Shown one piece after another: positions 28,540 to 38,251 of a DNA stretch of 64,000 bases; the stretch's first letter is position 1; every line of letters starts with the position of its first letter. The notes beneath the pieces are model-generated. The model ran no database searches, had not been told where the DNA came from, and saw nothing but the letters and a program-made list of their open reading frames with translations. The stretch is from NCBI GenBank assembly GCA_035637095.1, contig DASPXX010000232.1, positions 1,741 through 65,740 of the forward strand, in the 5' to 3' direction. This DNA is from Thermoanaerobaculia bacterium (GTDB lineage Bacteria; Acidobacteriota; Thermoanaerobaculia; Multivoradales; UBA5704). The position numbers were made by a program, and so were the translations under genes.

Positions 28540-31500
28540 AGCTCCCCCATCCGGCTCTGGAGATACGCGCCATAGGTCGCAAGGAGCCGCTCGTCCGGCG
28601 CCGGGCAGCCGATCCCCCGGGCGAGGAGGCGCTCCACGGAAGCGCGCACGCTGACCGCACGTCGCGCTTCGGTCCTGATCTTCCCCAGGTAATCCGGATC
28701 GCGCAGCACGGGAGCAATGAGATGGAAGGGAGACCCTTCGTCGCACCCGTGCTCCTCGATCTGGCGCAGCCAAACCCGGAACGGCAGGAAGACGACAGTG
28801 CGCTCGAAAGTCTCCAGGATTTTCCGGTAGGAGATGCGGCGAGGATTGACCAGGTGCCACTCCGTCGCGCCATCCGCCGGTCGGGAGACCATCTCGACCA
28901 CCGCTCGCGCGACCCAGTCGACCGGCGTCAGGTCGATCTCGATCTCCTCGAGCTCCTCCGGGAAGGTCCCCATCCGGAGCGCACCCGCGAGCAGCCGATG
29001 GAAGAAGTCCCGCAAATTCGCGGCGCCGGTCACACTGTGTCCGGTGACCCGGCCGAGCCGGTAGATGCTGGTGGGAACGCCACGCCCGCGCGCCTCCTGG
29101 AGCAGCTTCTCGGCGACCCACTTGCTCGCGGCATAGCCATTGACGATCGAGTGCCGCTGGTCGTCGATCGATGCGGTCTCGGAGTGCTCGCAGTCCGGGA
29201 CCGAGAAGATGCCCACGGTCGAGATCGCATGGACCGGCACGCCGCCCGCCGCGGCCGAGAGCCGCAGAACCTCGATCGTCCCCTCCACATTCGCGGCCCT
29301 CGACACCGCAAAGGGAGACGTAAAGTGGACCGAGGCGCCGCAGTGGACGATGGCGCCGATCTGCCCCGCCAGCCGCGAGAAGCCCTCCTCGCTCAGCCCC
29401 AACCGGGGACGGGTGAGATCGCCAGGCACGGCCACGATCCGATCGCGTGCCTCCGAACGCCAGAGACCGTAGGACTCCAGGACAGAGCGGAGCCGGGAGG
29501 CACCTTCCCGTGCGCTCTTGGCTCGCACCAGGCAGTGGATCGGCCCGGAGGTGCGGTCGAGGATCTCGCGCAGGAGGAAAGCTCCGACGAAACCAGTGGC
29601 CCCCGTAAGCAGTACGGGTGGGGGTTCCCCCTCTCCCGGCCGGCGGGGGGGCGATGGGAGAGGGGGCCAGGGGGTGAGGTCCTCCGGCAGCCGAGCCTCC
29701 ACCTGAAGCTCCACAAACCGCGTCCGCTCGCCCTCCACCCGCGCCCCCCCCTCCTCCAACCGGGCCGCCAAAGCCTCGATCGTCGGATACCGCCAGAGCA
29801 TCGCCATCGACACCTGGACGCCCGCCCGTTCCCGGATCTCCGCGAGCAGCCGCACCAGGAGCAGCGAGTGGCCGCCCAGCTCGAAGAAGTTGTCCAGGAT
29901 GCCGACCGGTCGCCGCCCGAGAACTGTCTCCCAGCAGGCCACCAGCCGCTCCTGAAGCGGAGTCTCTGCGGGCCGGCAGCCGCGGCCCGAGCCGTCCTCG
30001 ACGGGAGCCGGCAGCCGGCGGCGGTCGACCTTGCCGCTCGCGGTCAGCGGGAACGCAGGAAGCGCGACGAAGAGGGACGGGATCATGTACGCGGGCAGCT
30101 GCGCGGCGAGGAAGCTCCGCAGAGCGTCCTGATCTATATCCACCTGCGGGATCACGTAGGCGATCAGCCGTTCGCCGCGACGGCCGGGGTCTTCGATGAC
30201 CGCGCATTCGCGGACTGCCGGGTGCCGCTCCAGGGCGGCCTCGATCTCGCCCGGCTCGACGCGGAAGCCGCGGATCTTGAGCTGATCGTCGAGCCGCCCG
30301 AGGAACTCCAGCTCGCCGCTCCAGAGGAGGCGCGCGGAGTCGCCCGTGCGGTAGAGACGCTCGCCGGGCTCCGTGGCGAAAGGATCGGGCACGAAACGCT
30401 CTGCCGTGAGCCGCGGCCGGCCGAGATACCCCCGGGCCAGATTTTCTCCCGCGATATAGATCTCCCCGGGGACGCCCGGAGACACCGGCTGCATTGGGCC
30501 GTCCAGCAGATGGATGCGCGTGTGAGCGACCGGCCGGCCGATCGGCGGGTGATCGGGCCAGGACGCCGCATCCGTCCCCAGATCGCACGAGGTCACCACA
30601 TGGCTCTCGGAAGGCCCGTACTGATTGATCAGCCGGCAACCGGACGCGAGCATCCTCCGGATCGCGGGAGTGACCAGGAGCCGCTCGCCGGCCGCCACAA
30701 CTTCCGTCAGACGGACACCCTCACCCGCCGCCTCCGCCACATGCTGCAGCAGGACCGGAGGCAGGAACAACCGCTCGATCCGCTGCTCCTCCAACACGGC
30801 CACGAAAGCCTCGGGATCGCCGCGCAGCCCGCGCTCCGCCACCACCAGCGTGCTCCCGGTCAGCCACGTCGCGAGGACCTCCTGGAAGAAGACGTCGAAT
30901 CCGAAATGGGAGACCTGAAGCGTCCGGCGAGGCCTGTCGAATCCGGGCTGGCGCATCTGCCACGACAGCAGATTCGCCAGGCACCGATGAGGCATCGCCA
31001 CCCCCTTCGGCACCCCCGTGGACCCCGACGTGTAGATGATGTAGGCCAGGTCATCGCCTTGAGTCCTCACCCCCTGCCCCCCTCTCCCATCTCCCACCCA
31101 CCCCCCGCCGGGAGAGGGGGAACCCACCACCAGGCACGCTCCCGAATCCGCGATCAGCAGCTCCAACCGCTCCCGCGGCAGTCCCGGATCGAGAGGCATG
31201 CACGCCGCTCCGCTCTTGAGCACGCCGAGGACGCTGACCAGCATGTCGAGCGAAGGCTCCGCGCAAACCCCCACCACCCGATCCGGCCCGGCTCCCCGAT
31301 CCCGCAGCTGGACAGCGAGGCGCGACGACCTCTCCTCCAGCTCGGCGTAGGTCAACCTCTCGCCGCCGGCCTCCACGGCGGTCCGGCCCGGCCACCGCCC
31401 GGCCCGCTCGGCGAGCCAGTCGACGACCGTTCCCGGTGGCCGTTCGTCGCATGGGCCGGCGAGGACGGCCAGCGGGTCTTCCGGCGGGGCGACCGGGATC

Positions 31501-33050
31501 TCCCCCACTCGTCCGTCCGGGTCCTCGATCACCCGCTCCATGGTGGCCACGAGCTGCCGCGCCAAGCGCTCCATTCGCTCCGGCCGGAACAGGCCCCGGT
31601 TGGACTTGAGGGTCAGGATCAGTGCGTCTTCCAGATTGTCGAAGCCGATCGAGAGGTCGAACTTGCTCAGCTCGTAGCCGCTCCGGGTCGGCCGGATCGC
31701 GAGGCCCGGCAGGCGCGCGGGTCCCGCCACGACGCCGGGCTCGTTGAGCGTCACCAGGACGTCGAACAGCGGATGGCGGCTCGTGTTCCGCTCGATCTTC
31801 AGGTCGTCCACGAGGGTGTCGAACGGATAGTCCTGGTTCTCGTGCGCCGCCAGCACCGTCCGCCGCACGTCGTGCAGGAGCTGCGCGAAGGTGCGGCGGG
31901 GATCGACGTCCTGGATCAGCACCAGGGTGTTCACGTAGAACCCGACCTGGTCCTCCAGCTCGGCCCGCGGCCGGCCGGAGACCGGAGCGCCCAGAGCAAT
32001 CCGGGTCTGGCCGCTGTTCCTGTAGAGCACCAGGTTCACGACCGCCAGCAGCGCCATGTAGAGCGTGACCCGCTGCTGCTCCGCCACCTGCTTCAGGCCG
32101 GCGCGGATCTCTTCCGGGATGTGGAGGCGCACGCGGGCGCCGTCGTAGGTCTGCACCGCCGGCCGCGGGACGTCTGACGGTAGATCGAGGACCGGGATCT
32201 CTCCGGAGAGCCGCCGGTGCCAGTACTGCCGCTGCCGGTCGAGGTCCCCGCCGGCGAGACGGGCGTTCTGCCAGGCGGCGAAGTCCCGGTAATGGATGGC
32301 GAGCGGCGGCAGAGAAAGCCCGGTGTAGAGCGCCCAGAGATCGCGGAAGAGCACGTGGAGCGACCAGCCGTCCGCGACGATGTGGTGGATGGTGAACAGA
32401 AGCTCGTGCTCGTGCTCGTCCTCGCCGAGCCGCAGGAGGCGGACCCGGAAGAGCGGCAGGACGTCCAGCTGGAACGGCCGCATCGCTTCCTCTCTCTTGA
32501 GCTCCTCGACGACCACGTCGAGCCCGCGGACGTGCCGCAGATCGAGCTCCTGAAAGTCCAGCACCGGGTCGGATTCGACGTGCTGCCTCGGAATTTGCCC
32601 CTCCAGCCCGAAACGGGTCCGCAGCGACTCGTGCCGCTCGGCCAAGGCGGCGAAGGCGCGCCGGAGGACGGAGGAGTCGAGGTTCCCGCGGAGCGCGAAG
32701 CTGCGGGCGATGTTGTAGAGGTCCTTCTGCTCGAGAAGCTCCTGGACGATCCACAGCCGGCGCTGGCTGCTCGACAGCTCGTACGAAGCCGCTTCGGGGA
32801 TGCGCGCGAGCCGCGACGGATCGGAGACCAGCCGCTCCGCGACCAAGCGGCCGAGGTCGTCGAAGGTTGGATTCTCGAAGACGTCGAGGAGCGTCAGCTC
32901 CAGCCCGAACGTCTGGAGGAGCCTCGCGAGGAGGCGCGTGGCGAGGAGGCTCGTGCCGCCGAGCGCGAAGAAGCTCGCCTCGGGCGCAGGCTCCGCGCCG
33001 GGTAGGACCTCCCGCCAGATCTCCCGCAGCTGCTCGGCCGGCGAAATCAA
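28530..33050 (-). CDS. Non-ribosomal peptide synthetase T-C-A-T-R (terminal thioester reductase)
   Basis: FFALGGTSL (T1), HHIVADGWS (C), AYIIYTSGSTGVPKG, NQYGPSE, YRTGD, KIRGFRVEPGE, SGKVDRRRL (A), FFELGGHSL (T2), LLTGATGFVGAFLL...YAASKWVAE (SDR-type R domain). TTG start. Confidence 0.95.
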   Translation of the reverse strand: MISPAEQLREIWREVLPGAEPAPEASFFALGGTSLLATRLLARLLQTFGLELTLLDVFENPTFDDLGRLVAERLVSDPSRLARIPEAASYELSSSQRRLWIVQELLEQKDLYNIARSFALRGNLDSSVLRRAFAALAERHESLRTRFGLEGQIPRQHVESDPVLDFQELDLRHVRGLDVVVEELKREEAMRPFQLDVLPLFRVRLLRLGEDEHEHELLFTIHHIVADGWSLHVLFRDLWALYTGLSLPPLAIHYRDFAAWQNARLAGGDLDRQRQYWHRRLSGEIPVLDLPSDVPRPAVQTYDGARVRLHIPEEIRAGLKQVAEQQRVTLYMALLAVVNLVLYRNSGQTRIALGAPVSGRPRAELEDQVGFYVNTLVLIQDVDPRRTFAQLLHDVRRTVLAAHENQDYPFDTLVDDLKIERNTSRHPLFDVLVTLNEPGVVAGPARLPGLAIRPTRSGYELSKFDLSIGFDNLEDALILTLKSNRGLFRPERMERLARQLVATMERVIEDPDGRVGEIPVAPPEDPLAVLAGPCDERPPGTVVDWLAERAGRWPGRTAVEAGGERLTYAELEERSSRLAVQLRDRGAGPDRVVGVCAEPSLDMLVSVLGVLKSGAACMPLDPGLPRERLELLIADSGACLVVGSPSPGGGWVGDGRGGQGVRTQGDDLAYIIYTSGSTGVPKGVAMPHRCLANLLSWQMRQPGFDRPRRTLQVSHFGFDVFFQEVLATWLTGSTLVVAERGLRGDPEAFVAVLEEQRIERLFLPPVLLQHVAEAAGEGVRLTEVVAAGERLLVTPAIRRMLASGCRLINQYGPSESHVVTSCDLGTDAASWPDHPPIGRPVAHTRIHLLDGPMQPVSPGVPGEIYIAGENLARGYLGRPRLTAERFVPDPFATEPGERLYRTGDSARLLWSGELEFLGRLDDQLKIRGFRVEPGEIEAALERHPAVRECAVIEDPGRRGERLIAYVIPQVDIDQDALRSFLAAQLPAYMIPSLFVALPAFPLTASGKVDRRRLPAPVEDGSGRGCRPAETPLQERLVACWETVLGRRPVGILDNFFELGGHSLLLVRLLAEIRERAGVQVSMAMLWRYPTIEALAARLEEGGARVEGERTRFVELQVEARLPEDLTPWPPLPSPPRRPGEGEPPPVLLTGATGFVGAFLLREILDRTSGPIHCLVRAKSAREGASRLRSVLESYGLWRSEARDRIVAVPGDLTRPRLGLSEEGFSRLAGQIGAIVHCGASVHFTSPFAVSRAANVEGTIEVLRLSAAAGGVPVHAISTVGIFSVPDCEHSETASIDDQRHSIVNGYAASKWVAEKLLQEARGRGVPTSIYRLGRVTGHSVTGAANLRDFFHRLLAGALRMGTFPEELEEIEIDLTPVDWVARAVVEMVSRPADGATEWHLVNPRRISYRKILETFERTVVFLPFRVWLRQIEEHGCDEGSPFHLIAPVLRDPDYLGKIRTEARRAVSVRASVERLLARGIGCPAPDERLLATYGAYLQSRMGELWA
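29627..29679. repeat. GC-rich palindromic element copy inside the NRPS T-to-R linker (in frame)
   Basis: ccccctctcccggccggcgggggggcgatgggagagggggccagggggtgagg. Translated as PWPPLPSPPRRPGEGEPPP. Related to the arms of the 37.3-kb element. Confidence 0.6.
31065..31120. repeat. GC-rich palindromic element copy (opposite orientation) inside the NRPS A domain, just before the A3 core
   Basis: cctcaccccctgcccccctctcccatctcccacccaccccccgccgggagaggggg. Translated as SPSPGGGWVGDGRGGQGVR preceding DDLAYIIYTSGSTG. Confidence 0.6.
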
Positions 33051-34525
33051 ACGCGCTCCAGGAGCGCCCCGCGGTCCACCTTGCCCGTCGCGGTGACCGG
33101 CAGCTCGCGCAGGATCACGAACTTCCCCGGCAGCATGTGCGGTGGGAGCTTGGTCTTCAAAAAGCTCCGCAGCTCGCCGTCCGTGAGGTCGTCGTGCTCC
33201 GACCCGACGAACGCGATCATCGTCTTCGTCCCCTCGTCCGAGGACCGGGCGAGGATCACCGAGCCCCTCACCTTCGGATGCCGGTCGAGGTAGCTGGAGA
33301 TCTCACCCGGCTCGATGCGGAACCCCTTGATCTTGATCTGGTCGTCGATCCGGCCATGGCAGGCGAAGAGACCGTCGGGGCGCACGCTGCCGAGATCGCC
33401 CGTGCGGTAGAGCCGCTCGCCGTCGCCGAAGGGGTCGGGCACGAACCGCTCGGCCGTCAGGTCCGGGCGGCCGAGGTAGCCGCGGGCCAGCCCGGCGCCG
33501 CCCAAGAGGATCTCGCCCCGGCCGCCGGGCGGCACCTGCTGCATCGCACCGTCCAGGATGACGGCCCGCATGTTCGTGATCGGCAGGCCGATCGGCACCT
33601 CGTCTTCCGGCTCGCCGAGCTTCTGGTTGACCGCGTGGATCGTGGTCTCGGTGGTGCCATAGATGTTGCGGATCTCGAGCTCTCCGGCCTGCCGCAGCTC
33701 GCGGTGCAGCGAAGGCGGCAGCTCCTCCCCCACCAGGTTGAGCACCGACGCCCCCTTGAGCACCTCGGGCCGCTGTGCGAAGGTGCGCACGAGCGAGGGC
33801 ACGGTGTTGATCAGCACGCCCTCGTGCCGTTTGAGATAGAGCGGGATCGTGACGTTGCTCAGGATGCGCACGGCCTTGCCGGCGACCAGCGGGAAGAGCA
33901 GCTCGAAAACCGACAGGTCGAAGCACTCGGAGCTGCCGGCGAAGACGACCGACCACGGCGATCCGGCAAGCTCCTCGACCGACCAGAGGATGACGTTGGT
34001 CAGGCCCCCGTGGTGGATCATCACCCCTTTGGGCGGACCGGTCGTGCCCGAGGTGTACATCACATAAGCGAGGTGGCGCGGGTCGTGGGCGAGCGGCGGC
34101 GGCCCGGGGTCGACGGAATCGAGCTCCTGCCGCAGATCGTCGAGGAGCATGGCCCGCTTTCCGGAGCCTTCAAAGCGGTCCGCGAGCGCCGCCTCGGTGA
34201 GCACGGCGCCGACGCCGCTGTCCGAAAGGATGTACCGCAGGCGCTCCTCGGGATAGGCCGGATCGAGCGGCACGTAGCCCGCGCCGGTCTTCCAGATCGC
34301 CAGGATGCTGACGAGCAGCCACTCCGACCGCTGGAGACAGAAGCCGACGAGCCTCTCGGGGCCGCGGCCCCCGTCGGGAAGGTCACGGAGGAGAAGACGG
34401 GCGAGCTGGTTGCTCCACCGTTCCAGCTCGCGATAGGTCAGGCGCCGGTCGCCGCAGAGCACCGCGAGCCGCTCGGGATGGCGGGCGGCGCTCTCGGCGA
34501 TCAGCGAAATGACGCTCCTATCCAC
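33047..34525 (-). CDS. Stand-alone NRPS adenylation domain protein (loading A domain)
   Basis: LTYRELERWSNQLA, AYVMYTSGTTGPPKG, NIYGTTETT, YRTGDLG, KIKGFRIEPGE, TGKVDRGAL. Stop overlaps the TTG of the T-C-A-T-R gene. Start GTG 34525 (GGGGAG SD), ATG 34639 alternative. Confidence 0.9.
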   Translation of the reverse strand: MDRSVISLIAESAARHPERLAVLCGDRRLTYRELERWSNQLARLLLRDLPDGGRGPERLVGFCLQRSEWLLVSILAIWKTGAGYVPLDPAYPEERLRYILSDSGVGAVLTEAALADRFEGSGKRAMLLDDLRQELDSVDPGPPPLAHDPRHLAYVMYTSGTTGPPKGVMIHHGGLTNVILWSVEELAGSPWSVVFAGSSECFDLSVFELLFPLVAGKAVRILSNVTIPLYLKRHEGVLINTVPSLVRTFAQRPEVLKGASVLNLVGEELPPSLHRELRQAGELEIRNIYGTTETTIHAVNQKLGEPEDEVPIGLPITNMRAVILDGAMQQVPPGGRGEILLGGAGLARGYLGRPDLTAERFVPDPFGDGERLYRTGDLGSVRPDGLFACHGRIDDQIKIKGFRIEPGEISSYLDRHPKVRGSVILARSSDEGTKTMIAFVGSEHDDLTDGELRSFLKTKLPPHMLPGKFVILRELPVTATGKVDRGALLERV

Positions 34526-35966
34526 GCAGCTCCCCGCGCAACCGCGCGATCTCCAGCTCCGGCGCCAGCCGGCGCGCCAGCTCCTCGGCCAGGGCGAGGT
34601 CTGCGGGCCCGAAGGTCGTCCGGTCGGTCCTGGACCCACGCGCGAGCGTCAGGGCGCCGGCCACCTCGCCCCGCACCAGGATGGGCGCGACGATCACGGC
34701 ACCGACGTCCAGGACCTGCAGTGCGGTCTCGAGACGCCCCTGCCGCTTGGCCCGCGCATCCAGGCAGGCGTGGGTGGTCCCGCTCGCCAGCGCGCGGTCG
34801 AGCAGGGAGCCCTCCGGATCCTGCCGGACCAGCTGCGGCTGCGTGCCGCGCAGGGCCTCGACGGCCGCGGACCAGGAACGGCCGCCGCCGCTGGCGCCGG
34901 GCACGTCCACGGTGGCGAGATCGGCGACGTAGCCGGCCGTCAGGCGCAGGACCTCCTCCAGACGCGTGCCGAGGTCCGCCGTGCCGCCCAGGACGCGGCT
35001 GCATTCGGCGAGGAAGCCCAGCGTCTCCTCCGGACGCTTGCGGCCGGCGATGTAGCGCAGCGCCAGGCTCATCGCCTCCTCGCGGGAGAGATCGGCGGAA
35101 GGCTCGGCGTTGAGGCCGTACTCCTCGTTGCGCGGCCAGGTGAACTTCCGGTAGACGCTGCTCTCGGTCGCCATGTCCTCGGGCAGCGGGAAGGTGAAGC
35201 AGCGGGTATTGACGAAGCTGTCGCCGCTCATCCGCGAGCTCGAATAGATGAACACCGGCTGGATGCGCCCGTCCCGCGTGCGCAGCTTCGCCCGGTGATC
35301 GACCAGCGGCGCGCCGCTCACCAGGTTTTCGAGCATCTCGTCGATCACCGCCTGTTCGGCGTGAAATTCGGCGATGTGGTGGCCGATATATTCCTCCGGA
35401 TGCTCCGCATATCCCATCGATTCGAGCTCGCGCGCGCTGGTGTACTGCACCCTCCCGTCGGCTCCGACGATGTGCAGGGCGACCGGCGCGTACTGGAAGA
35501 AATCCTTGAGATCGCGGTAGGCGACCTGCTTCTCCTCCGGGCTCATCGCGGCCAGCCCGAAGGTGTCACCCTGGTAGACCTCCAGGTCCCGGGGCGTCCG
35601 CGACTCGTTCTGGGGGATCACCACCGCGCGGTCGCCCAGCAGCCGGCCGCCGTCGCGCCGGCCGCTCGCGAAGACGCGGACGGGCACGAGGCCGCCGTCC
35701 CGCCGCACCAGGGTGAGATCGAACCCCTGGACCTCGCCCTCCGCGGCCAGCCGGTCGAGCAACTCGTCCACCCGCCGGGGCTCGACCACGAACTCCCGCA
35801 GGTCGTGCCCCAGGTAGTCCTCCGGGGAATCCTGATAGCCCAGCGTTTCCAGCTCGGCCCGGTTGGCGCGCATGACGATCGCGCTCGAGGTCAGCATGTG
35901 CAGCGCGACGGGCGCATTGGCAAAATAATCGCTCAGCGTCTCCAGCTCCCGTTCATCGAAAGTCAT
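34518..35966 (-). CDS. PAS-PAS-GAF sensor protein without recognisable output domain
   Basis: Two PAS-like repeats (FANAPVALHMLTSSAIVMRANRAELETLGY / FQYAPVALHIVGADGRVQYTSARELESMGY) and a C-terminal GAF-like region. GAGGAGG SD before ATG 35966. Confidence 0.8.
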   Translation of the reverse strand: MTFDERELETLSDYFANAPVALHMLTSSAIVMRANRAELETLGYQDSPEDYLGHDLREFVVEPRRVDELLDRLAAEGEVQGFDLTLVRRDGGLVPVRVFASGRRDGGRLLGDRAVVIPQNESRTPRDLEVYQGDTFGLAAMSPEEKQVAYRDLKDFFQYAPVALHIVGADGRVQYTSARELESMGYAEHPEEYIGHHIAEFHAEQAVIDEMLENLVSGAPLVDHRAKLRTRDGRIQPVFIYSSSRMSGDSFVNTRCFTFPLPEDMATESSVYRKFTWPRNEEYGLNAEPSADLSREEAMSLALRYIAGRKRPEETLGFLAECSRVLGGTADLGTRLEEVLRLTAGYVADLATVDVPGASGGGRSWSAAVEALRGTQPQLVRQDPEGSLLDRALASGTTHACLDARAKRQGRLETALQVLDVGAVIVAPILVRGEVAGALTLARGSRTDRTTFGPADLALAEELARRLAPELEIARLRGELRG

Positions 35967-35980
35967 TGTCGCCTCCTCGG

Positions 35981-36202
35981 TTACGTCCGAAAAAAATTGT
36001 CGTAGATCGCCCGCAGGCTCTGGAAGCATTCGGGACGGATCATCTGCTCGCCGATCTCGCGGCCGCGCACCTCCTCGATGTACAAGAGGAAGTTGACCAT
36101 CTGCAGGGAGTCGAGGACCCGCTCCGCAATCAGGTCGGTGTCCCAGCCGACGTCCCCGGCCTCGCGGTTGACGCTCAGCAGCCAGGCTTTGACCCTGGCC
36201 AT
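35981..36202 (-). CDS. Acyl/peptidyl carrier protein-like (73 aa)
   Basis: LIAERVLDSLQMVNFLLYIEE carries the DSL phosphopantetheine-attachment motif. Confidence 0.65.
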   Translation of the reverse strand: MARVKAWLLSVNREAGDVGWDTDLIAERVLDSLQMVNFLLYIEEVRGREIGEQMIRPECFQSLRAIYDNFFRT

Positions 36203-36215
36203 CTCCTGTGATGAT

Positions 36216-37097
36216 TCAAGCGACGCGCTCTTCGGCTGCATACACCGGCTCCTCGAAAACTCCTGTGTCCAGGAGAAAACGCTGAATGCGATCGACGGCC
36301 GTGGCGTGGAACCGCGCACGGGCAGGATGCGCGAGGAGGTCGCGGCGCAGCTGGTGCGGCTCCTCCAGCCCGGCGTCCGCATAGACCGACGGGTTGTAAA
36401 ACGCTTCGACCACCACCTGCATGTAGCCGCTCAGGCTCGCTCCCATCTCCCGCAGCCTCTCCTCCGGACAGGTGCGCCGCAGGTCCTCGTACATGTGCTT
36501 CAAGATCAGCCGGCCCATCGCCATGTGCCGCGACTCGTCCTCGTGGTGCACCCGGTTGATCTGCTGGATGATCTCCGGCAGCCGCCCGTCCTTCTCCATC
36601 GAGCGGTTGTAGAAGTCGCCGATCTCCTCGAAGATCAGGATCTGGCCGAAGGCGAGGAAGTTGCGCAGACCGGCCTCCTCGAAACGGTCGAATTTCAGCC
36701 GCTTGCTGGGGTAGATCTTGCCACCGTAGCGCTGGCAGAACTGGGCGAAGAACCACATGTGCTCGTTCTCTTCGCCGATGAAGTGGTGGAAGTATTCCGA
36801 GGTGTCCTCGAAGCCCGGCGTGTGGATGCATTGCAGCACGTGCAGGAGAAGCTCGCGGATGCCGTGCGCGCTCAGGCTCAGGAAATTGACGATCTCCCAC
36901 TTCGCAAGCTCGTGCAGCCGCTCCGTGGAAAGCCGGTCCATCCAGGGAGTGCCATGGATCGAGAGCAGCTCCGGGCTCATCCAATATTGTCCATCTGCCA
37001 GCTCGTCCGGCCAGACGAACGTCTTATAAGGGTTGTAATAGGCGTCGACCGAGAGATCGATCAGCCGCTGGAACAGGTCCTTGAGAGAAAGGCTCAT
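36216..37097 (-). CDS. Diiron oxygenase (AurF/CmlI-like ferritin-fold family)
   Basis: Two E-x2-H motifs (GEENEHMWFF, HHEDESRHMAMG). ATGA overlap with the upstream gene, GAGGAGG SD. Confidence 0.7.
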   Translation of the reverse strand: MSLSLKDLFQRLIDLSVDAYYNPYKTFVWPDELADGQYWMSPELLSIHGTPWMDRLSTERLHELAKWEIVNFLSLSAHGIRELLLHVLQCIHTPGFEDTSEYFHHFIGEENEHMWFFAQFCQRYGGKIYPSKRLKFDRFEEAGLRNFLAFGQILIFEEIGDFYNRSMEKDGRLPEIIQQINRVHHEDESRHMAMGRLILKHMYEDLRRTCPEERLREMGASLSGYMQVVVEAFYNPSVYADAGLEEPHQLRRDLLAHPARARFHATAVDRIQRFLLDTGVFEEPVYAAEERVA

Positions 37098-38251
37098 GCG
37101 ATGACCTCCTCGGTCGACGGCACGGCGAACAGCCGCCGCCGGTCCTTGCTCTGCAAACGGCACCGGAAGTCCCCCGCCTGCACGACGGCCCGACCTCCGG
37201 CAAAGAAGACCTGGTGCAGCTCATCCTCGGAGCCTTCCCAGCGGAGCCCGAGGCTCGGGAGGATGCACGTGCCGAACAGGAGGTCCGTGTGCTCCAGGGT
37301 CCAGGTGAGGGCCCTCACCCCCGGCCCCTCTCCCGCAAGCGGGAGAGGGGTGTAGGTAACCCGTTCCTCTGCCACCGAACCCCCTAACCCTCTCCCCTCT
37401 CCCGCTTGCGGGAGAGGGGCCGGGGGTGAGGGCTTCCACAGCCGCACCAGATCCCCAAACGCCGCCAGACACACATCGCACCCCGCGTCCAGATACGTGG
37501 CGAAGCTCGCGTATTTGTACAGCATGAGCGCTCCGTAGAGCAGCTCGGCGTCCGGCTGCAGGGCGGGCAACCAGCCTCCGGCCACGCGCACCGGACGCGT
37601 TGCGGCGAGGAGCGGCTCCAGGGGGACCTCGAAGCCCGCCCGCGTCCAGGCGAGGCTGGTGGCGAAGCCGGCGTCGACGTGGTCGACCAGCGGATCGTCC
37701 AGGAGCTTGATGCGATGCGGCAGGTGATAGGGATTGAGACGAAACTCGATCAGCTCCCTTCGGGTGAAGGGGACGACGCTGCGCGATGCCGGATCGTAGT
37801 GTCCGGCGACGAACCCGGCGTCCTCCAGGATGCGCTCGACCTTCGGTCCCTCCGCGGGCGGAATCAGGAAGTCCACGTCCGCCATCATCCGCTCGCCCGA
37901 GTCGCGGTAGAGGGACGAGGCGAGGACCACCCCCTTGACCGCGGCGAAGAGGACGCCCTCCGCCTCCAGCCTCTTGGCGAGCCCGCAGGCCTCTTCCTGG
38001 AGGACCCGGACACGGTGGCGGTTCGCATTGAGTACCGTGGCGAGATGCTCTCCGATCCGCGGCGGCAGGGCGACTGGCAGCAGCTCGGCCTGGACCGCCA
38101 GGGAGGCGATCAGCTTGTGGCGGATGGCCTGCTCCAGAAGCTCGCCCCAGGACAGCTCCGGAGCCGTGAGGAGGGCCGCGAGCCGCTCGTCGTCGCCCGC
38201 GCCGCACAGGCCGCGCGTGAGCAGCTCCAGGACTGTCCATTCGATGCTCAT
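37094..38251 (-). CDS. Uncharacterised nucleotidyltransferase-family protein (NTP_transf_5-like) carrying a 41-codon palindromic-element insertion
   Basis: AAVKGVVLASSLYRDSGERMMADVDFLIPPAEGPKVERILEDAGF matches the KG..L....Y.....R...D.D.L signature. ATGA coupling to the KASIII gene, GGAGG SD. Confidence 0.65.
   Translation of the reverse strand: MSIEWTVLELLTRGLCGAGDDERLAALLTAPELSWGELLEQAIRHKLIASLAVQAELLPVALPPRIGEHLATVLNANRHRVRVLQEEACGLAKRLEAEGVLFAAVKGVVLASSLYRDSGERMMADVDFLIPPAEGPKVERILEDAGFVAGHYDPASRSVVPFTRRELIEFRLNPYHLPHRIKLLDDPLVDHVDAGFATSLAWTRAGFEVPLEPLLAATRPVRVAGGWLPALQPDAELLYGALMLYKYASFATYLDAGCDVCLAAFGDLVRLWKPSPPAPLPQAGEGRGLGGSVAEERVTYTPLPLAGEGPGVRALTWTLEHTDLLFGTCILPSLGLRWEGSEDELHQVFFAGGRAVVQAGDFRCRLQSKDRRRLFAVPSTEEVIA
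37311..37433. mobile_element. MITE-like element: perfect 40-bp terminal inverted repeats around a 43-bp core, 123 bp total, inserted in frame in a CDS
   Basis: Left arm 37311-37350 gccctcacccccggcccctctcccgcaagcgggagagggg. Right arm 37394-37433 is its exact reverse complement. Each arm is itself a hairpin (cccctctcccgc-aa-gcgggagagggg). Confidence 0.75.

Noticed and set aside
27376-30639. Single 1087-aa minus-strand ORF
   Set aside because: Only the last 387 codons (from GTG 28539) give a coherent protein, the double P-loop kinase. The upstream part is an alternative frame of the NRPS gene and translates to Arg/Pro/Gly-rich nonsense.
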